Source of the DNA: a bacterium | Lineage (GTDB): Bacteria; UBP6; UBA1177 | NCBI GenBank assembly: GCA_016290135.1 | Contig: JAEESW010000001.1 | Coordinates: 55,565-119,564, forward strand | Direction of reading: 5' to 3' | Length of the DNA: 64,000 bases | Shown here: positions 27,293 to 37,665 of the stretch, piece after piece | Layout of the letters: each line of letters begins with the position of its first letter | How positions within the stretch are numbered: position 1 is the first letter of the stretch | The notes under the pieces: generated by a model | What the model saw: only the letters and a program-made list of their open reading frames with translations | Database searches by the model: none | Told to the model about the DNA's origin: nothing | Translations under genes and position numbers: made by a program

Positions 27293-28735
27293 ATGGCTAC
27301 AAAGAAAGCAATGCCGAAAGCTGCACCGAAAGCTGCACCGGCAAAGAAGGAAGTCCCCGCAAAGAAAACAGTGAAAACCGTAAAAGAAGTGAAACCGGCA
27401 GAACTTAAAGGCATGAAGGCTGCTCAGGTCCACCAGATTCTCGGCAAGTACATCCTCTGCGACGGCTACGACATCGTTGTCGACACCGAAAAAAGCCATG
27501 GCAGCTACATGTATGACGCAAAACACAACAAGGAGTATCTCGACTTCTTCTCGTTCTTCGCTTCGATGCCCATCGGATTCAACCATCCGAAACTTCACAA
27601 CGACGAATTCGTTAAAGAGATCGGCGAAGTAGCTCTTCACAAAATCTCGAACAGCGACTTCTACACCACGACCATGGCTGAATTCGTAGAAGCTATGGCA
27701 AACACAGCGAAACCCGACTACATGAAGAAGATGTTCTTCGTTGACGGCGGCGGACTTGCTGTTGAGAACGCACTTAAAACCGCTTTCGACTGGAAGATCA
27801 GAAAGAACCTTGAGAAAGGCATCCGCATTGACGAAGACGAGATGAAGATCATCCACTTCAAACAGGCTTTCCACGGCAGAACGGGTTACACCCTTTCGCT
27901 CACCAACACTTCCGATCCGTGGAAATACAAATATTTCCCGAAATTCAACTGGCCGAGGATCACCAACCCGAAGGCTATATTCCCGCTTACCGGCGAAAAT
28001 CTGAAGAAGACTGTCGAAGCTGAAAAAGTTGCATGCCAGGAGATCCTTGACGCATGTGAAAAATACGGCAGCCAGATCGCCGGCCTCATCATCGAACCGG
28101 TTCAGGGCGAAGGCGGTGACAACCACTTCAGAAAAGAGTTCATCCAGGAACTCAGAAAGTTCGCTGACAAATACGAATTCCTCCTCATCTTCGACGAAGT
28201 CCAGGCAGGCGGCGGTCTCAGCGGCAAATGGTGGACTCACGAGCACTACGGCGTAAAACCCGATGTTATCTGCTTCGGAAAGAAGTTCCAGGTATGCGGT
28301 ATCCTCGTAAACGACAGAGTCCTCAAAGTAAAGGACAACGTTTTCGTTAAATCGAGCAGACTCAACTCCACTTGGGGCGGCAACATCGTCGATATGAAGA
28401 GAACTGCACGTTACCTCAAGATCATAAAGGAAGAAAAGCTCGTTGAGAACGCAGCGAAAATGGGCAAGATCCTTCTTGACGGACTTGAAGCACTTTCCAA
28501 GAAGACGAAAGGCAAGATCTTCAACGTCAGAGGCAAAGGTCTTCTCTGCGCATTCGACATGAAAGACGGCAAGGCAAGAAATGATTTCATCAACGACTGC
28601 ATGAACAAAGAAAACATGATCGTTCTTGCATGCGGCGACAACTCCATCAGATTCAGACCGTTCCTCGACATCACCGAAGCTGACGTCAAAGAAGGTCTCA
28701 AGAGAATGGAAAGAGTTCTCATGGCGAAAAAGTAA
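27293..28735 (+). CDS. lat: L-lysine 6-transaminase-like class III aminotransferase with a Lys/Ala/Pro-rich N-terminal extension
   Basis: 'ILGKYILCDGYDIVVDTEKSHGSYMYD', 'FDEVQAGGGLSGKWW' and 'SSRLNSTWGGN'. AGGAG lies 6 nt before ATG 27293. Confidence 0.75.
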   Translation: MATKKAMPKAAPKAAPAKKEVPAKKTVKTVKEVKPAELKGMKAAQVHQILGKYILCDGYDIVVDTEKSHGSYMYDAKHNKEYLDFFSFFASMPIGFNHPKLHNDEFVKEIGEVALHKISNSDFYTTTMAEFVEAMANTAKPDYMKKMFFVDGGGLAVENALKTAFDWKIRKNLEKGIRIDEDEMKIIHFKQAFHGRTGYTLSLTNTSDPWKYKYFPKFNWPRITNPKAIFPLTGENLKKTVEAEKVACQEILDACEKYGSQIAGLIIEPVQGEGGDNHFRKEFIQELRKFADKYEFLLIFDEVQAGGGLSGKWWTHEHYGVKPDVICFGKKFQVCGILVNDRVLKVKDNVFVKSSRLNSTWGGNIVDMKRTARYLKIIKEEKLVENAAKMGKILLDGLEALSKKTKGKIFNVRGKGLLCAFDMKDGKARNDFINDCMNKENMIVLACGDNSIRFRPFLDITEADVKEGLKRMERVLMAKK

Positions 28736-28755
28736 TTTTTCTCCATCATAACCTT

Positions 28756-28787
28756 AAAGGGCCGGCTTAGTCCGGCTCTTTTTTTTG
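28756..28787 (+). terminator. Rho-independent terminator after lat
   Basis: Stem GCCGG (28761-28765) / CCGGC (28772-28776) with flanking A:T and G:C pairs, followed by a T8 run. Confidence 0.7.
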
Positions 28788-28847
28788 CTTTCAAAAATTT
28801 GTTTTCACGCTTTTTTCATATAAAATATTCCGGTTTTTTTCGGAGGA

Positions 28848-29393
28848 GTGATGAAAAAAAGTTTTTCCTGTCTTGTTAAAGCGTTTTTTGCCGCGGCATT
28901 GTGCGCCTTTCTTTTCTTCTCATGTTCGGAAAAGGGCGGGAACAATGCAAAAGAGCCCGATCTCACGATCACGCAGACAGACATCATGCTTCTTATAGAG
29001 CACAAAAAAACGATCGACGGCATAACGGCTGAGTATGACAAAAAAATCGCCGAGGCCCAGCCTTCCGCAGCCTACAAACTGATCGAGGAGGGAAAAGGAG
29101 AAATCAACAAATACCTCGAAAGCAAGGGGCTCGACCCGGAGATCTTCATGAAAAAATCGAAAAAAATACTCAGATGTTACCTTGCTTTCAACGAGATCAG
29201 CGAAGAGACGGAGCAGAAAAGGATCGAGATCCTCAAACAGAACGACACTTCCGAGCGTGATCTCGAGATCAAGCTGAACGCTTATAAAAAAGCGGGAGAG
29301 GCCTTTTTCAAAGAGATGACGGAAGGACTTTCCGAAAAAGAGATCGCTCTCGTCAGATCAAATCTCAAAAACATCGCAGCTGTCACGGAGTGA
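28848..29393 (+). CDS. Hypothetical lipoprotein
   Basis: Signal peptide ending in the lipobox 'LFFSC'. The mature part is helical and rich in Lys and Glu. Confidence 0.6.
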   Translation: MMKKSFSCLVKAFFAAALCAFLFFSCSEKGGNNAKEPDLTITQTDIMLLIEHKKTIDGITAEYDKKIAEAQPSAAYKLIEEGKGEINKYLESKGLDPEIFMKKSKKILRCYLAFNEISEETEQKRIEILKQNDTSERDLEIKLNAYKKAGEAFFKEMTEGLSEKEIALVRSNLKNIAAVTE

Positions 29394-29488
29394 TCCGCTA
29401 AAATCTTGCCATTTCGGCTGCTATCCGTATGATACCGCGCGTTTTGTCGGGAGTCGTTTGTATAAAAAAACGGTTCCTCGGAGGATGG

Positions 29489-30370
29489 ATGGAACACTTG
29501 GACCGCCTTGAGGCGACGTCGATACACATAATAAGAGAATCTTACGCAAACTTTAAGAATCTCGGTATGCTCTGGTCGATAGGCAAGGACAGCACAGTCC
29601 TGCTCTGGCTCGTGAAAAAGGCGTTCTTCGGCCATGTCCCGTTCCCTCTCATCCACATCGATACGCACTACAAGATCCCTGAAATGATCGAATACCGCGA
29701 CCGCCTCACGAAAGAGTGGCACTTGAACATGATCGTCGGAGTGAACGAAGAGGCTCTTGCGCAGAAGGCGACTTTCCCCGACGGGAATGTCGACAGGATC
29801 ACATGCTGCAGGAATCTCAAGACTCAGGCGCTCAAGGCGACGCTTGACGGGAGCGGCAGGAGATATGTCTTCAACCACGAAAAAGGGATCTATGAACCTG
29901 ATCCGTCGCACGAGGCCTTCACCGCGATAATCCTCGGCATCAGAAGCGACGAAGAGGGGAGCCGCTCGAAAGAACGCTATTTTTCGCCGCGTAATGCCTC
30001 AAACGAATGGAATATCGGCGATCAGCCGCCGGAATTCTGGAACCAGTTCAAGACCGATTTCGCGCCGGGAACGCATCTCCGCATCCACCCGCTCCTCGAC
30101 TGGACCGAGCTCAACATCTGGGAATACATCGAACGCGAAAAGATCCCGACAGTTTCGCTTTACTACGATCACGGCGAGGGCAGGAGATACCGTTCGCTCG
30201 GCTGCTATCCGTGCACGTTTCCTGTTGAAAGCACCGCTAAAAATGTTCCTGAAATAATCGAAGAACTGAGGAGCGGAAAGTTCGCAAAAATTGCCGAACG
30301 CTCAGGCAGAGCGCAGGACAAAGACGACGGCGGCGGTCTCGAAACGCTCAGAAAAGACGGATATATGTAA
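29489..30370 (+). CDS. cysD: Sulfate adenylyltransferase subunit 2 (PAPS reductase/ATP-PPase fold)
   Basis: '[14 protein letters not shown]', '[13 protein letters not shown]' (PP-loop) and a C-terminal '[21 protein letters not shown]'. Start taken at ATG 29489. Confidence 0.85.
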   Translation: MEHLDRLEATSIHIIRESYANFKNLGMLWSIGKDSTVLLWLVKKAFFGHVPFPLIHIDTHYKIPEMIEYRDRLTKEWHLNMIVGVNEEALAQKATFPDGNVDRITCCRNLKTQALKATLDGSGRRYVFNHEKGIYEPDPSHEAFTAIILGIRSDEEGSRSKERYFSPRNASNEWNIGDQPPEFWNQFKTDFAPGTHLRIHPLLDWTELNIWEYIEREKIPTVSLYYDHGEGRRYRSLGCYPCTFPVESTAKNVPEIIEELRSGKFAKIAERSGRAQDKDDGGGLETLRKDGYM

Positions 30371-30372
30371 GC

Positions 30373-31566
30373 TTAAATAAGGATCCCCGCGATATTTGCG
30401 GTGAGAAGACATGCAAAAGTGCCGCCGATAAGAGCCTTTATGCCCAGAGAGGCGATCTCGCTCCTTCTTTCCGGGATCATCGCTCCGATACCGCCCAAAA
30501 GTATTGCGATCGAGCCGAAGTTGGAAAATCCGCAGAGCGCGTATATCGAAATGACAGTGCTTCTTTCGGAAAGCATCGTTGCGGCGTCAGCATTCATTTT
30601 GGCGAGAGAATCGTATGCGATGAACTCGTTGAGGACGGTCTTCTGCCCGAGAAGCGTGCCGACCTGGGATGTCTCTTCCCACGGAACGCCCATCAGAAAG
30701 GCGAGAGGTTTGAATATCCAGCCCAGGATCTCTTCCATGGAGGTCCCGAAAAGTGAGAAAACATAGTTGAACATCGCCACGAAGGCAATGAACGAAATGA
30801 GCATCGCCACGACATTTATCGCGAGGAAAATGCCTTCGCTCGCACCTCTGGCAGCGGCGTCGAGGACGTTTCTGTCAGTAACTTCGATCTTGATACCGTT
30901 TTGCGTCGCCGTCTGCGGTGTCCCGGTCTCAGGAACGAGGATCTTCGCCATGACTATGGCTGCCGGAGCACTCATCACGCTTGCCGCGATCAGATGTCCT
31001 GCATCGATGCCCATCTGGATGTAAGCCGCGAGGACTCCGCCGGCGACTGTGGCCAGCCCGCCCGTCATAAGGCACATGAGCTCGCTTCTCGTCATCGTTT
31101 TGATGTAGGGTTTGACGATGAGCGGGGCTTCTGTCTGTCCGATGAAGATGTTGGCAGCCGCCGAAAGGCTTTCTGCGCCGCTTGTCTTGAGGATCTTCAC
31201 AAACAGCCATGCGAAGATGCGGACAAAAAACTGCAAGATCCCGAAATAGTAGAGAACTGCAAAAAACGATGAAAAAAAGATGATCGTCGGCAGCACGGAG
31301 AGGGCAAACGAAAACTTGTCGAGCAGCCCGCCGAAGACGAATTCAGAACCTGCAGAGGTGAAACTCGTAATCTTCGTGAAGCATTTGTTCAAAAAATCGA
31401 AGATCATCTTTCCCGGGGATGTTTTGAGGACGAAAAAAGCGAAGAGGAACTGCACCAGCAGTCCGTATGCAACGAGTTTGAAATTCACTTTCCGCCTGTT
31501 TTCGCTCAGGCCCCAGGCGATGAGGATGAAAACTACGATCCCGAGCAGACTGATAAACCGATACAT
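30373..31566 (-). CDS. nupC: Concentrative nucleoside transporter (NupC/CNT family)
   Basis: 'NIFIGQTEAPLIVKPYI', 'MTGGLATVAGGVLAAY' and 'NEFIAY' motifs. 397 aa. Confidence 0.85.
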   Translation of the reverse strand: MYRFISLLGIVVFILIAWGLSENRRKVNFKLVAYGLLVQFLFAFFVLKTSPGKMIFDFLNKCFTKITSFTSAGSEFVFGGLLDKFSFALSVLPTIIFFSSFFAVLYYFGILQFFVRIFAWLFVKILKTSGAESLSAAANIFIGQTEAPLIVKPYIKTMTRSELMCLMTGGLATVAGGVLAAYIQMGIDAGHLIAASVMSAPAAIVMAKILVPETGTPQTATQNGIKIEVTDRNVLDAAARGASEGIFLAINVVAMLISFIAFVAMFNYVFSLFGTSMEEILGWIFKPLAFLMGVPWEETSQVGTLLGQKTVLNEFIAYDSLAKMNADAATMLSERSTVISIYALCGFSNFGSIAILLGGIGAMIPERRSEIASLGIKALIGGTFACLLTANIAGILI

Positions 31567-31577
31567 TTTTCCTCCTT

Positions 31578-32459
31578 TCAGTCAAAGAGCAGTTCAGCCG
31601 CGCCGAGTGCCCCGGAATCTGTGGCGAGGGCGGCAGGAACTATTTTAACATTTTTTGCCCCGATCGAGAATGCGAGAGAGGAGACTTTTTCCCTTATCGG
31701 CTGCAGAATGAGTTTTCCGAGTTGCGATACACCGCCTCCGACAACGATGATCTGCGGATCGAGAAGAGTCACGATGTTCGCGAGAAAAGTTCCTGTTCCG
31801 TCGGTAAGATGTTTGAGCGCCCGTTTTGCACCAGGGTCGTTTTTCTTAATCAATTCGGCAAGTTGCGTCGTCGAGACCCCGAACAGCCGCTCGATTGCCG
31901 GACCTGCGAACTTCTGCTCGAGCACAGATCCGTCCAGGAGTTTCATCTGCCCGAATTCGCCGGCCGCACCGTCCGCGCCGTGGTAGATCTTCCCGTCGAT
32001 TATTATTGCCGATCCTATTCCGGTGCTCACTGTGATGTAAAAAACATGTCTGAGCCCTTTCGCCGCTCCGATCCTTGTTTCGGCAAGACCTGCGACCCTC
32101 GCGTCGTTTTCGACCATGACGGGAACGTTCCAGCGTTCGTTCAGAAGCCGGCGCACTTCGATGTTCTTCCAGCCGCTCAGGTTCGGGCAGTCGTAGACTA
32201 GCCCTTTTTCGTAGTTCACCGGGCCGGGAACACCGATGCCGATCCCGGCAAGTCTGTCAGGCGATATCCCTGCCTCTTTGCATGACATCTCCAATGATCT
32301 TGCGATGTTATCCATAACGACACCGACTCCGCGCGAGGCTTCGGTCGGGATCTTTGTCTTTGCCAGAACATTTCTTTCACCGTCCTCGATGACTGTCAGG
32401 ATCTTTGTTCCTCCGAGGTCGATGCCGGCGTAAAGAGCTTTTCCGTTTACTTGATCCAT
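31578..32459 (-). CDS. ROK-family sugar kinase (glucokinase-like)
   Basis: 'YAGIDLGGTKI', 'ENDARVAGLAE' and 'GAAGEFGQM'. The canonical ROK Zn-Cys motif is not evident. Confidence 0.8.
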   Translation of the reverse strand: MDQVNGKALYAGIDLGGTKILTVIEDGERNVLAKTKIPTEASRGVGVVMDNIARSLEMSCKEAGISPDRLAGIGIGVPGPVNYEKGLVYDCPNLSGWKNIEVRRLLNERWNVPVMVENDARVAGLAETRIGAAKGLRHVFYITVSTGIGSAIIIDGKIYHGADGAAGEFGQMKLLDGSVLEQKFAGPAIERLFGVSTTQLAELIKKNDPGAKRALKHLTDGTGTFLANIVTLLDPQIIVVGGGVSQLGKLILQPIREKVSSLAFSIGAKNVKIVPAALATDSGALGAAELLFD

Positions 32460-32623
32460 AGCTGCTCCCCAAAATCAAAAAACCGTTTATTATACCCGTT
32501 TTTTCAGGAAAAGCGAGAGCCTTTTCCAATTGATTTTTCACAGCATTTCTTGCTAAAAAAAATTTTTGTGCTACACTCTGCCGCTTGTTTTTTTGTGGAC
32601 CTTTAAAAATGGAGGCGGTCTTA

Positions 32624-32971
32624 ATGACTAATACATTGAATTTATTGGGTAATTTACTTATAACGCAGGAAGCGGCCGGACAGGGCGGAGCTATGGGGAT
32701 TTTGAATATGCTCCTTCCGTTCATCCTCATTTTCGGTATTTTTTACTTTCTTGTCATTCTCCCGCAGAAAAAACAGATGAAAAAACACAACGAAATGCTC
32801 AATCAGCTTAAAAAAGGGGATACCGTCATGATGAGCAACGGGATCCAGGGCAGGATCGTCGAGGTGAAAGATACTGAAATCAAAGTTGAGATCTGTTCAA
32901 ACCCGAAAGTCGTCATTACCGTTCAGAAAGCTGTTGTATCCAGCGTTGTAGCGAAAGGAACTGAAGAGTAA
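32624..32971 (+). CDS. yajC: Preprotein translocase subunit YajC
   Basis: 'LLPFILIFGIFYFLVILPQKKQMKKH...LKKGDTVMMSNGIQGRIVEV'. GGAGG lies 8 nt before ATG 32624. Confidence 0.9.
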   Translation: MTNTLNLLGNLLITQEAAGQGGAMGILNMLLPFILIFGIFYFLVILPQKKQMKKHNEMLNQLKKGDTVMMSNGIQGRIVEVKDTEIKVEICSNPKVVITVQKAVVSSVVAKGTEE

Positions 32972-32997
32972 AAACATATAAAAGGAGATTGGTTGTT

Positions 32998-34725
32998 ATG
33001 GAAAGAAACTGGTTGGCAAGAGCAATTTTTGTTCTTGTGATTATTGTCGCGGCATGTGTTGCGCTTATCCCGACTTTTATCGACACGGAGACGAATCCGT
33101 GGGCTGCGAAGATAAACGACGGGCTCAGCCTTGGTCTTGATCTTAAAGGCGGTATCCACTTCGTTCTCAGTGTAGACACCGAAAAGGCGGCTACCGACAG
33201 GCTCGACCGCAGAACGGACGAGATCAGGATCAGACTCGACGAAGAGAAGATCCCTTATGAAACGGTCAAAGTCCTCCCGGAAAGTTATGCTGTCGAAGTC
33301 AGACTTGCTGAAGGCGCAGACAAAGACCTTTTCAGAGACAAGGTCATCGACTACTTCGGCGACCTTAAAAAGACCGGAAGTTCCGGAAATTCCTACACTC
33401 TCACGATGCGTGACGAATATGTCCAGCAGCTTAAGATCAATGCTGTGGACCAGACGCTTGAAACGCTCCGTTCGAGGATCGACGAACTCGGCCTCAAGGA
33501 GCCTATCGTTACGAAACAGGGCGAAAACTCGATCCTTGTACAGCTTCCCGGCTACAAAGATGTCGAGAGAGCAAGAAGCATCATCGGCCAGACGGCTCAG
33601 CTTGAGTTCAAGATCGTTGCTGAAGACAAAGACCCGCTCGGCGAATACACCGGCGAAGTTCCTGAAGGCATCACGCTTGTAACAGGCAGAGGATCAAATG
33701 CTGAAGGCGCAGTCTTTACTTACAAATACGCAACTTCGAATGACCGCGCGAAACTCCGTGAGTTCCTGAAAGACAAAGCTCCGGAAGGGACTGAATTCCT
33801 CCTCGAGGAAAATGTTTCGGCTGACGGAACGAAAGAATATATGTCGTGGCTGCTTTACCGCCAGGCTTACATCACTGGTGACATGCTCACCGACGCGAGA
33901 GTTTCGATCGACCAGCAGAAGAATATGCCGTATGTCAGCATGAACTTCGATAAAGTCGGTGCCGAGATTTTTGCCGATGTAACGGGCAAAAACATAAAGC
34001 GCAAAATGGCGATCGTCCTTGATGAAAAAGTCAACAGCGCTCCTGTGATCCAGTCGAGGATCGAAGGCGGCAGCGCAATGATCACGCTCGGCGGAAACGG
34101 CGACTACAACTCGATCTTCGAGGAGGCGAAAGACCTCGCGCTCGTTCTCAGAGCCGGTTCGCTTCCCGCTCCCGTAACGTTCGAAGAAAACAGAACGGTC
34201 GGTCCGAGCCTCGGTCAGGATTCCATCGAAAAAGGAAAAATGGCGGTTTCGATCGGTTTCGCCCTTGTCGTTGTTTTCATGTTCTTCTACTACGGTTTTG
34301 CAGGACTCATCGCAGACCTGGCGCTTTTCCTCAACCTGCTTTTCATCATGGCTGCAATGGCTGCGTTCGGCGCAACGCTTACTTTCCCCGGTATCGCAGG
34401 TATCCTTCTTACGGTCGGTATGGCGGTCGACGCGAACGTTATTATTTTTGAAAGGATAAAAGAGGAGCTTCGTGCCGGAAAGGCTCTTGAAGCTGCGATA
34501 GAAAGCGGTTTCAACAAGGCCTGGTCGGCGATCTTCGATGCCAACCTGACGACTGCGATAACATCTTTCGTGCTCTGGGAATTCGGTACCGGCGCGATCA
34601 AAGGTTTCGCAATAACCCTTTTGATCGGTATCTGCTCAAGTATGTTCACCGCGATATTCGTGGCAAGAGTTGTTTTCAACTACTTCCTGAAAGCGCGTAT
34701 CAAGATGTTTTCCCATGTTAAATAA
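32998..34725 (+). CDS. secD: Protein translocase subunit SecD
   Basis: 'LGLDLKGGIHFVL' and a C-terminal 6-TM RND-like block. ATG 32998 lies 10 nt after AAGGAG. Confidence 0.9.
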   Translation: MERNWLARAIFVLVIIVAACVALIPTFIDTETNPWAAKINDGLSLGLDLKGGIHFVLSVDTEKAATDRLDRRTDEIRIRLDEEKIPYETVKVLPESYAVEVRLAEGADKDLFRDKVIDYFGDLKKTGSSGNSYTLTMRDEYVQQLKINAVDQTLETLRSRIDELGLKEPIVTKQGENSILVQLPGYKDVERARSIIGQTAQLEFKIVAEDKDPLGEYTGEVPEGITLVTGRGSNAEGAVFTYKYATSNDRAKLREFLKDKAPEGTEFLLEENVSADGTKEYMSWLLYRQAYITGDMLTDARVSIDQQKNMPYVSMNFDKVGAEIFADVTGKNIKRKMAIVLDEKVNSAPVIQSRIEGGSAMITLGGNGDYNSIFEEAKDLALVLRAGSLPAPVTFEENRTVGPSLGQDSIEKGKMAVSIGFALVVVFMFFYYGFAGLIADLALFLNLLFIMAAMAAFGATLTFPGIAGILLTVGMAVDANVIIFERIKEELRAGKALEAAIESGFNKAWSAIFDANLTTAITSFVLWEFGTGAIKGFAITLLIGICSSMFTAIFVARVVFNYFLKARIKMFSHVK

Positions 34726-34736
34726 GGAGTTTGAAG

Positions 34737-35873
34737 ATGAAGATAAATGAATTGAAAATCGACTTTATCGGCAAGTCAAAAATACTTTTCCCGATCTCGT
34801 GCGTTTTAGTCGCTGTCTCGATACTTCTTGTCATTTTCAAGAGTTTCAACTACGGTATCGACTTTGCGGGCGGAACAGAGATCCAGATCAAGGCCGACGG
34901 CGTAACTCAGGAACAGGCGAGAGATGTTCTCACAAAGTTCGGAGCAAACGACATCCAGCAGTTCGAAGGCAAGCAGAACGAATACCTGGTGCGCTTCAAA
35001 AATATTTCGATGGTCGACGATGCGACGATCAACGCTTTCCTTGATGCGGCAAAAGCTAAATTCAGCGATGCGAAGATGCTCAAGACCCACTTCGATTCAC
35101 AGGTAGGCGACAGAGTCGAGATCTGGTTCGACAAAGAGATCCCGGAAGCTGACCTCAGCGCGCTTGTTGCAGAGACGAAACTTCCTGTTGTCGAGAAAGA
35201 TGCAGTCAGATACAACAAAGTCGGCGACAGACACATCTACAAACTTATGCTCAAAGGTATGACGAACGAGATCGTAAACGCGATCGACAATATAAATCCT
35301 GAAGCAAAGGCAGACCTCGTCAGAGTCGAACTCGTAGGTCCGAAAGTCGGCCAGCAGTTGAAACTTTCCGCGATCCAGGCTGTTTTCTACGCTTTGATAG
35401 CGATCCTGGTCTACATCGCTTTCAGATTCAACTTCATGTTTGCTCCCGGCGCAGTCATCGCTCTTTTCCACGACGTCATGATCGCTCTCGGTATCTGGTC
35501 GCTTTTCGGATTCTCGTTTGACCTTACCGTCGTTGCGGCGCTCCTCACGATCGTCGGTTACTCGATCAACGATACGATCGTCATTTTCGACAGGATCAGG
35601 GAAAACATGAAAGATCCGAACAAAGGAAATACATTGGCTGAAAAGATGAACACGAGCCTCAACGAGACCCTGCAGAGAACGTTCCTCACTTCGATAACGA
35701 CTCTCTTCTCAGTCCTCGCTCTTCTCATTTTCGGCGGCGAGATCATTTCTGGTTTTGCAGGCGTTATGTGCATCGGTGTCGTAGTAGGAACCTATTCCTC
35801 GCTCTTCATCGCTTCCCCCATTACGCTTTACATTGAAAGGTATATGAACAAAAGAAAAGGAAACGCAGCATAA
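34737..35873 (+). CDS. secF: Protein translocase subunit SecF
   Basis: 'NYGIDFAGGTEI' and 'GYSINDTIVIFDRIREN'. ATG 34737 lies 7 nt after AAGGAG. Confidence 0.9.
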   Translation: MKINELKIDFIGKSKILFPISCVLVAVSILLVIFKSFNYGIDFAGGTEIQIKADGVTQEQARDVLTKFGANDIQQFEGKQNEYLVRFKNISMVDDATINAFLDAAKAKFSDAKMLKTHFDSQVGDRVEIWFDKEIPEADLSALVAETKLPVVEKDAVRYNKVGDRHIYKLMLKGMTNEIVNAIDNINPEAKADLVRVELVGPKVGQQLKLSAIQAVFYALIAILVYIAFRFNFMFAPGAVIALFHDVMIALGIWSLFGFSFDLTVVAALLTIVGYSINDTIVIFDRIRENMKDPNKGNTLAEKMNTSLNETLQRTFLTSITTLFSVLALLIFGGEIISGFAGVMCIGVVVGTYSSLFIASPITLYIERYMNKRKGNAA

Positions 35874-37607
35874 ATGAAGCCGAAATGGCAAATACTGAAT
35901 CCCGATCCGGGCAGGATCGACACTCTGAGTAAGACGCTCGGGATCTCCAAAACTGTGGCTACGATCCTTGTGAACCGCGGGATCGACGAGGTCGAAACTG
36001 CGAGCATGTTCCTTCAGGCCAAAATAAGATCTCTTCCCGACCCGTTCCTTCTGAAAGACGCCGAAAAAGCTGCCGGGATCATTATCGACTACATCAAAAA
36101 TAAGAAAAAAATCGTGATTTACGGCGATTACGATGTTGACGGCATCACTTCGACTTTGATTATGTATCAGTTCCTTTCGCATCTCGGCGCAAGCGTTGAT
36201 CACTACATTCCGCACAGACTTGAAGACGGTTACGGACTCAATACATACACTCTGGAAGAGATCGCGACAAACGGCGGTGAGCTTGTTATCACTGTCGACT
36301 GCGGTATAACGAGTGTCGATGAAGTAAAATACGCAAAAGATCTTGGTCTGGCGACGATAATCATCGACCATCACCATGTCGGCGAAACAGTCCCGCCGGC
36401 TGTGGCTATTGTCAATCCGCACCAGCCTGACTGTCAGTATCCCTTCAAAGAGATGGCAGCTGTAGGTGTAGCATTCTCGTTCCTCATGGTTTTCAAAAAA
36501 ATAGTCGAGAAAGACGGATTTTTCACGGGAACACTTCCGAATTTGGTCGAATATCTCGATATCGTAGCTCTCGGAACGGTCGCGGATATGGTCCCACTCC
36601 TTGAATCGAACAGGATCTTCGTGAAATACGGACTTACCCAGATGCAGAAGAACCAGCGTCCGGGTCTTCTGGCTCTGGCTAACATCTGCGGGCTCAAGTC
36701 GCTCAAAGAGATAACTCCGTCGGTAATAAGCTACAAAATGGCTCCGCGCCTCAATGCGGCAGGCAGGATCGGAAACGCGATAAAAGGTCTTGAACTTATC
36801 GAAAGCACCGATTACGAAGCGGCGCTGAAGATGGCGGAAGAGCTTAATTTGACTAATGAATACCGTCAGCAGCTCGAAGCCGAGATTTTCGATCAGGCTC
36901 TGGCGAAAGTCGAGAACAGCGATATTATCCAAAAGAGAAATTCGATAGTTTTATATTCCGAAAAATGGCATCCCGGCGTTATCGGAATCGTCGCGTCGCG
37001 CCTTGTTGAAAAGTTCTACAAGCCGACGATCATGATTTCAGTCGAAGACGGGATCGGCCGCGGCAGCGTAAGAAGCATTCCGCAGCTCCATATCTACAAA
37101 GTTCTGGAGAGACTGAGCAACTATTTAGTTCAGTACGGCGGTCACAAATACGCGGCAGGACTCACGATTCAGGAATCAAAAATAGCCGAATTTATTGATA
37201 AATTTGATGAGATCGTGGCGGAAGAGCTTGAAGAGGAAGTCGGCGGTCAGATGACTGAAATCGATGCGGAACTTCAGCTTAAAGAGCTTGTTCCCGACCT
37301 CGTTGTCGCCCTTTCGAAGCTCGAACCTTTCGGAATCAACAACCCCGAACCCAATTTCATCGCGAGAAACGTCAAGATCCTGAAGCAGAGCATTATAAAC
37401 AGAAGTCATCTCCACTGGAAACTCGGCGCGAAAAATACGAACATGACTTTCAATGCGATAGGTTTCGGCCTTCTGAACCACGGGAATGCACCTGTTGTAG
37501 GAGACATGATCGACATAATCTATTTCCCGCGGATAAACGTTTACGGCGACAACATCATGATGCAGCTCTACATCAAGGATTTTGTCCATTCGGGTTCGAA
37601 CCGTTAG
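35874..37607 (+). CDS. recJ: Single-stranded-DNA-specific exonuclease RecJ
   Basis: 'YGDYDVDGITS', 'IIIDHHH' (DHH) and 'GGHKYAAG' (DHHA1). Confidence 0.9.
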   Translation: MKPKWQILNPDPGRIDTLSKTLGISKTVATILVNRGIDEVETASMFLQAKIRSLPDPFLLKDAEKAAGIIIDYIKNKKKIVIYGDYDVDGITSTLIMYQFLSHLGASVDHYIPHRLEDGYGLNTYTLEEIATNGGELVITVDCGITSVDEVKYAKDLGLATIIIDHHHVGETVPPAVAIVNPHQPDCQYPFKEMAAVGVAFSFLMVFKKIVEKDGFFTGTLPNLVEYLDIVALGTVADMVPLLESNRIFVKYGLTQMQKNQRPGLLALANICGLKSLKEITPSVISYKMAPRLNAAGRIGNAIKGLELIESTDYEAALKMAEELNLTNEYRQQLEAEIFDQALAKVENSDIIQKRNSIVLYSEKWHPGVIGIVASRLVEKFYKPTIMISVEDGIGRGSVRSIPQLHIYKVLERLSNYLVQYGGHKYAAGLTIQESKIAEFIDKFDEIVAEELEEEVGGQMTEIDAELQLKELVPDLVVALSKLEPFGINNPEPNFIARNVKILKQSIINRSHLHWKLGAKNTNMTFNAIGFGLLNHGNAPVVGDMIDIIYFPRINVYGDNIMMQLYIKDFVHSGSNR

Positions 37608-37665
37608 TTTCTTGCCATTTTCAGGGATTTTGCTATAAAACCGCGTTTTTTTGTTGGAGAGACTC

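Noticed and set aside
27197-28246. 349-aa minus-strand ORF antisense to the lysine-transaminase gene. Similar long antisense ORFs lie at 23476-24306, 35709-36932 and 38278-39465.
   Set aside because: Each lies entirely opposite a gene with strong family motifs. They have no recognisable motifs or RBS, and their composition is biased (Phe/Val/Asp/Glu-rich or Arg-rich), as expected from reading real codons in reverse. They are shadow ORFs.
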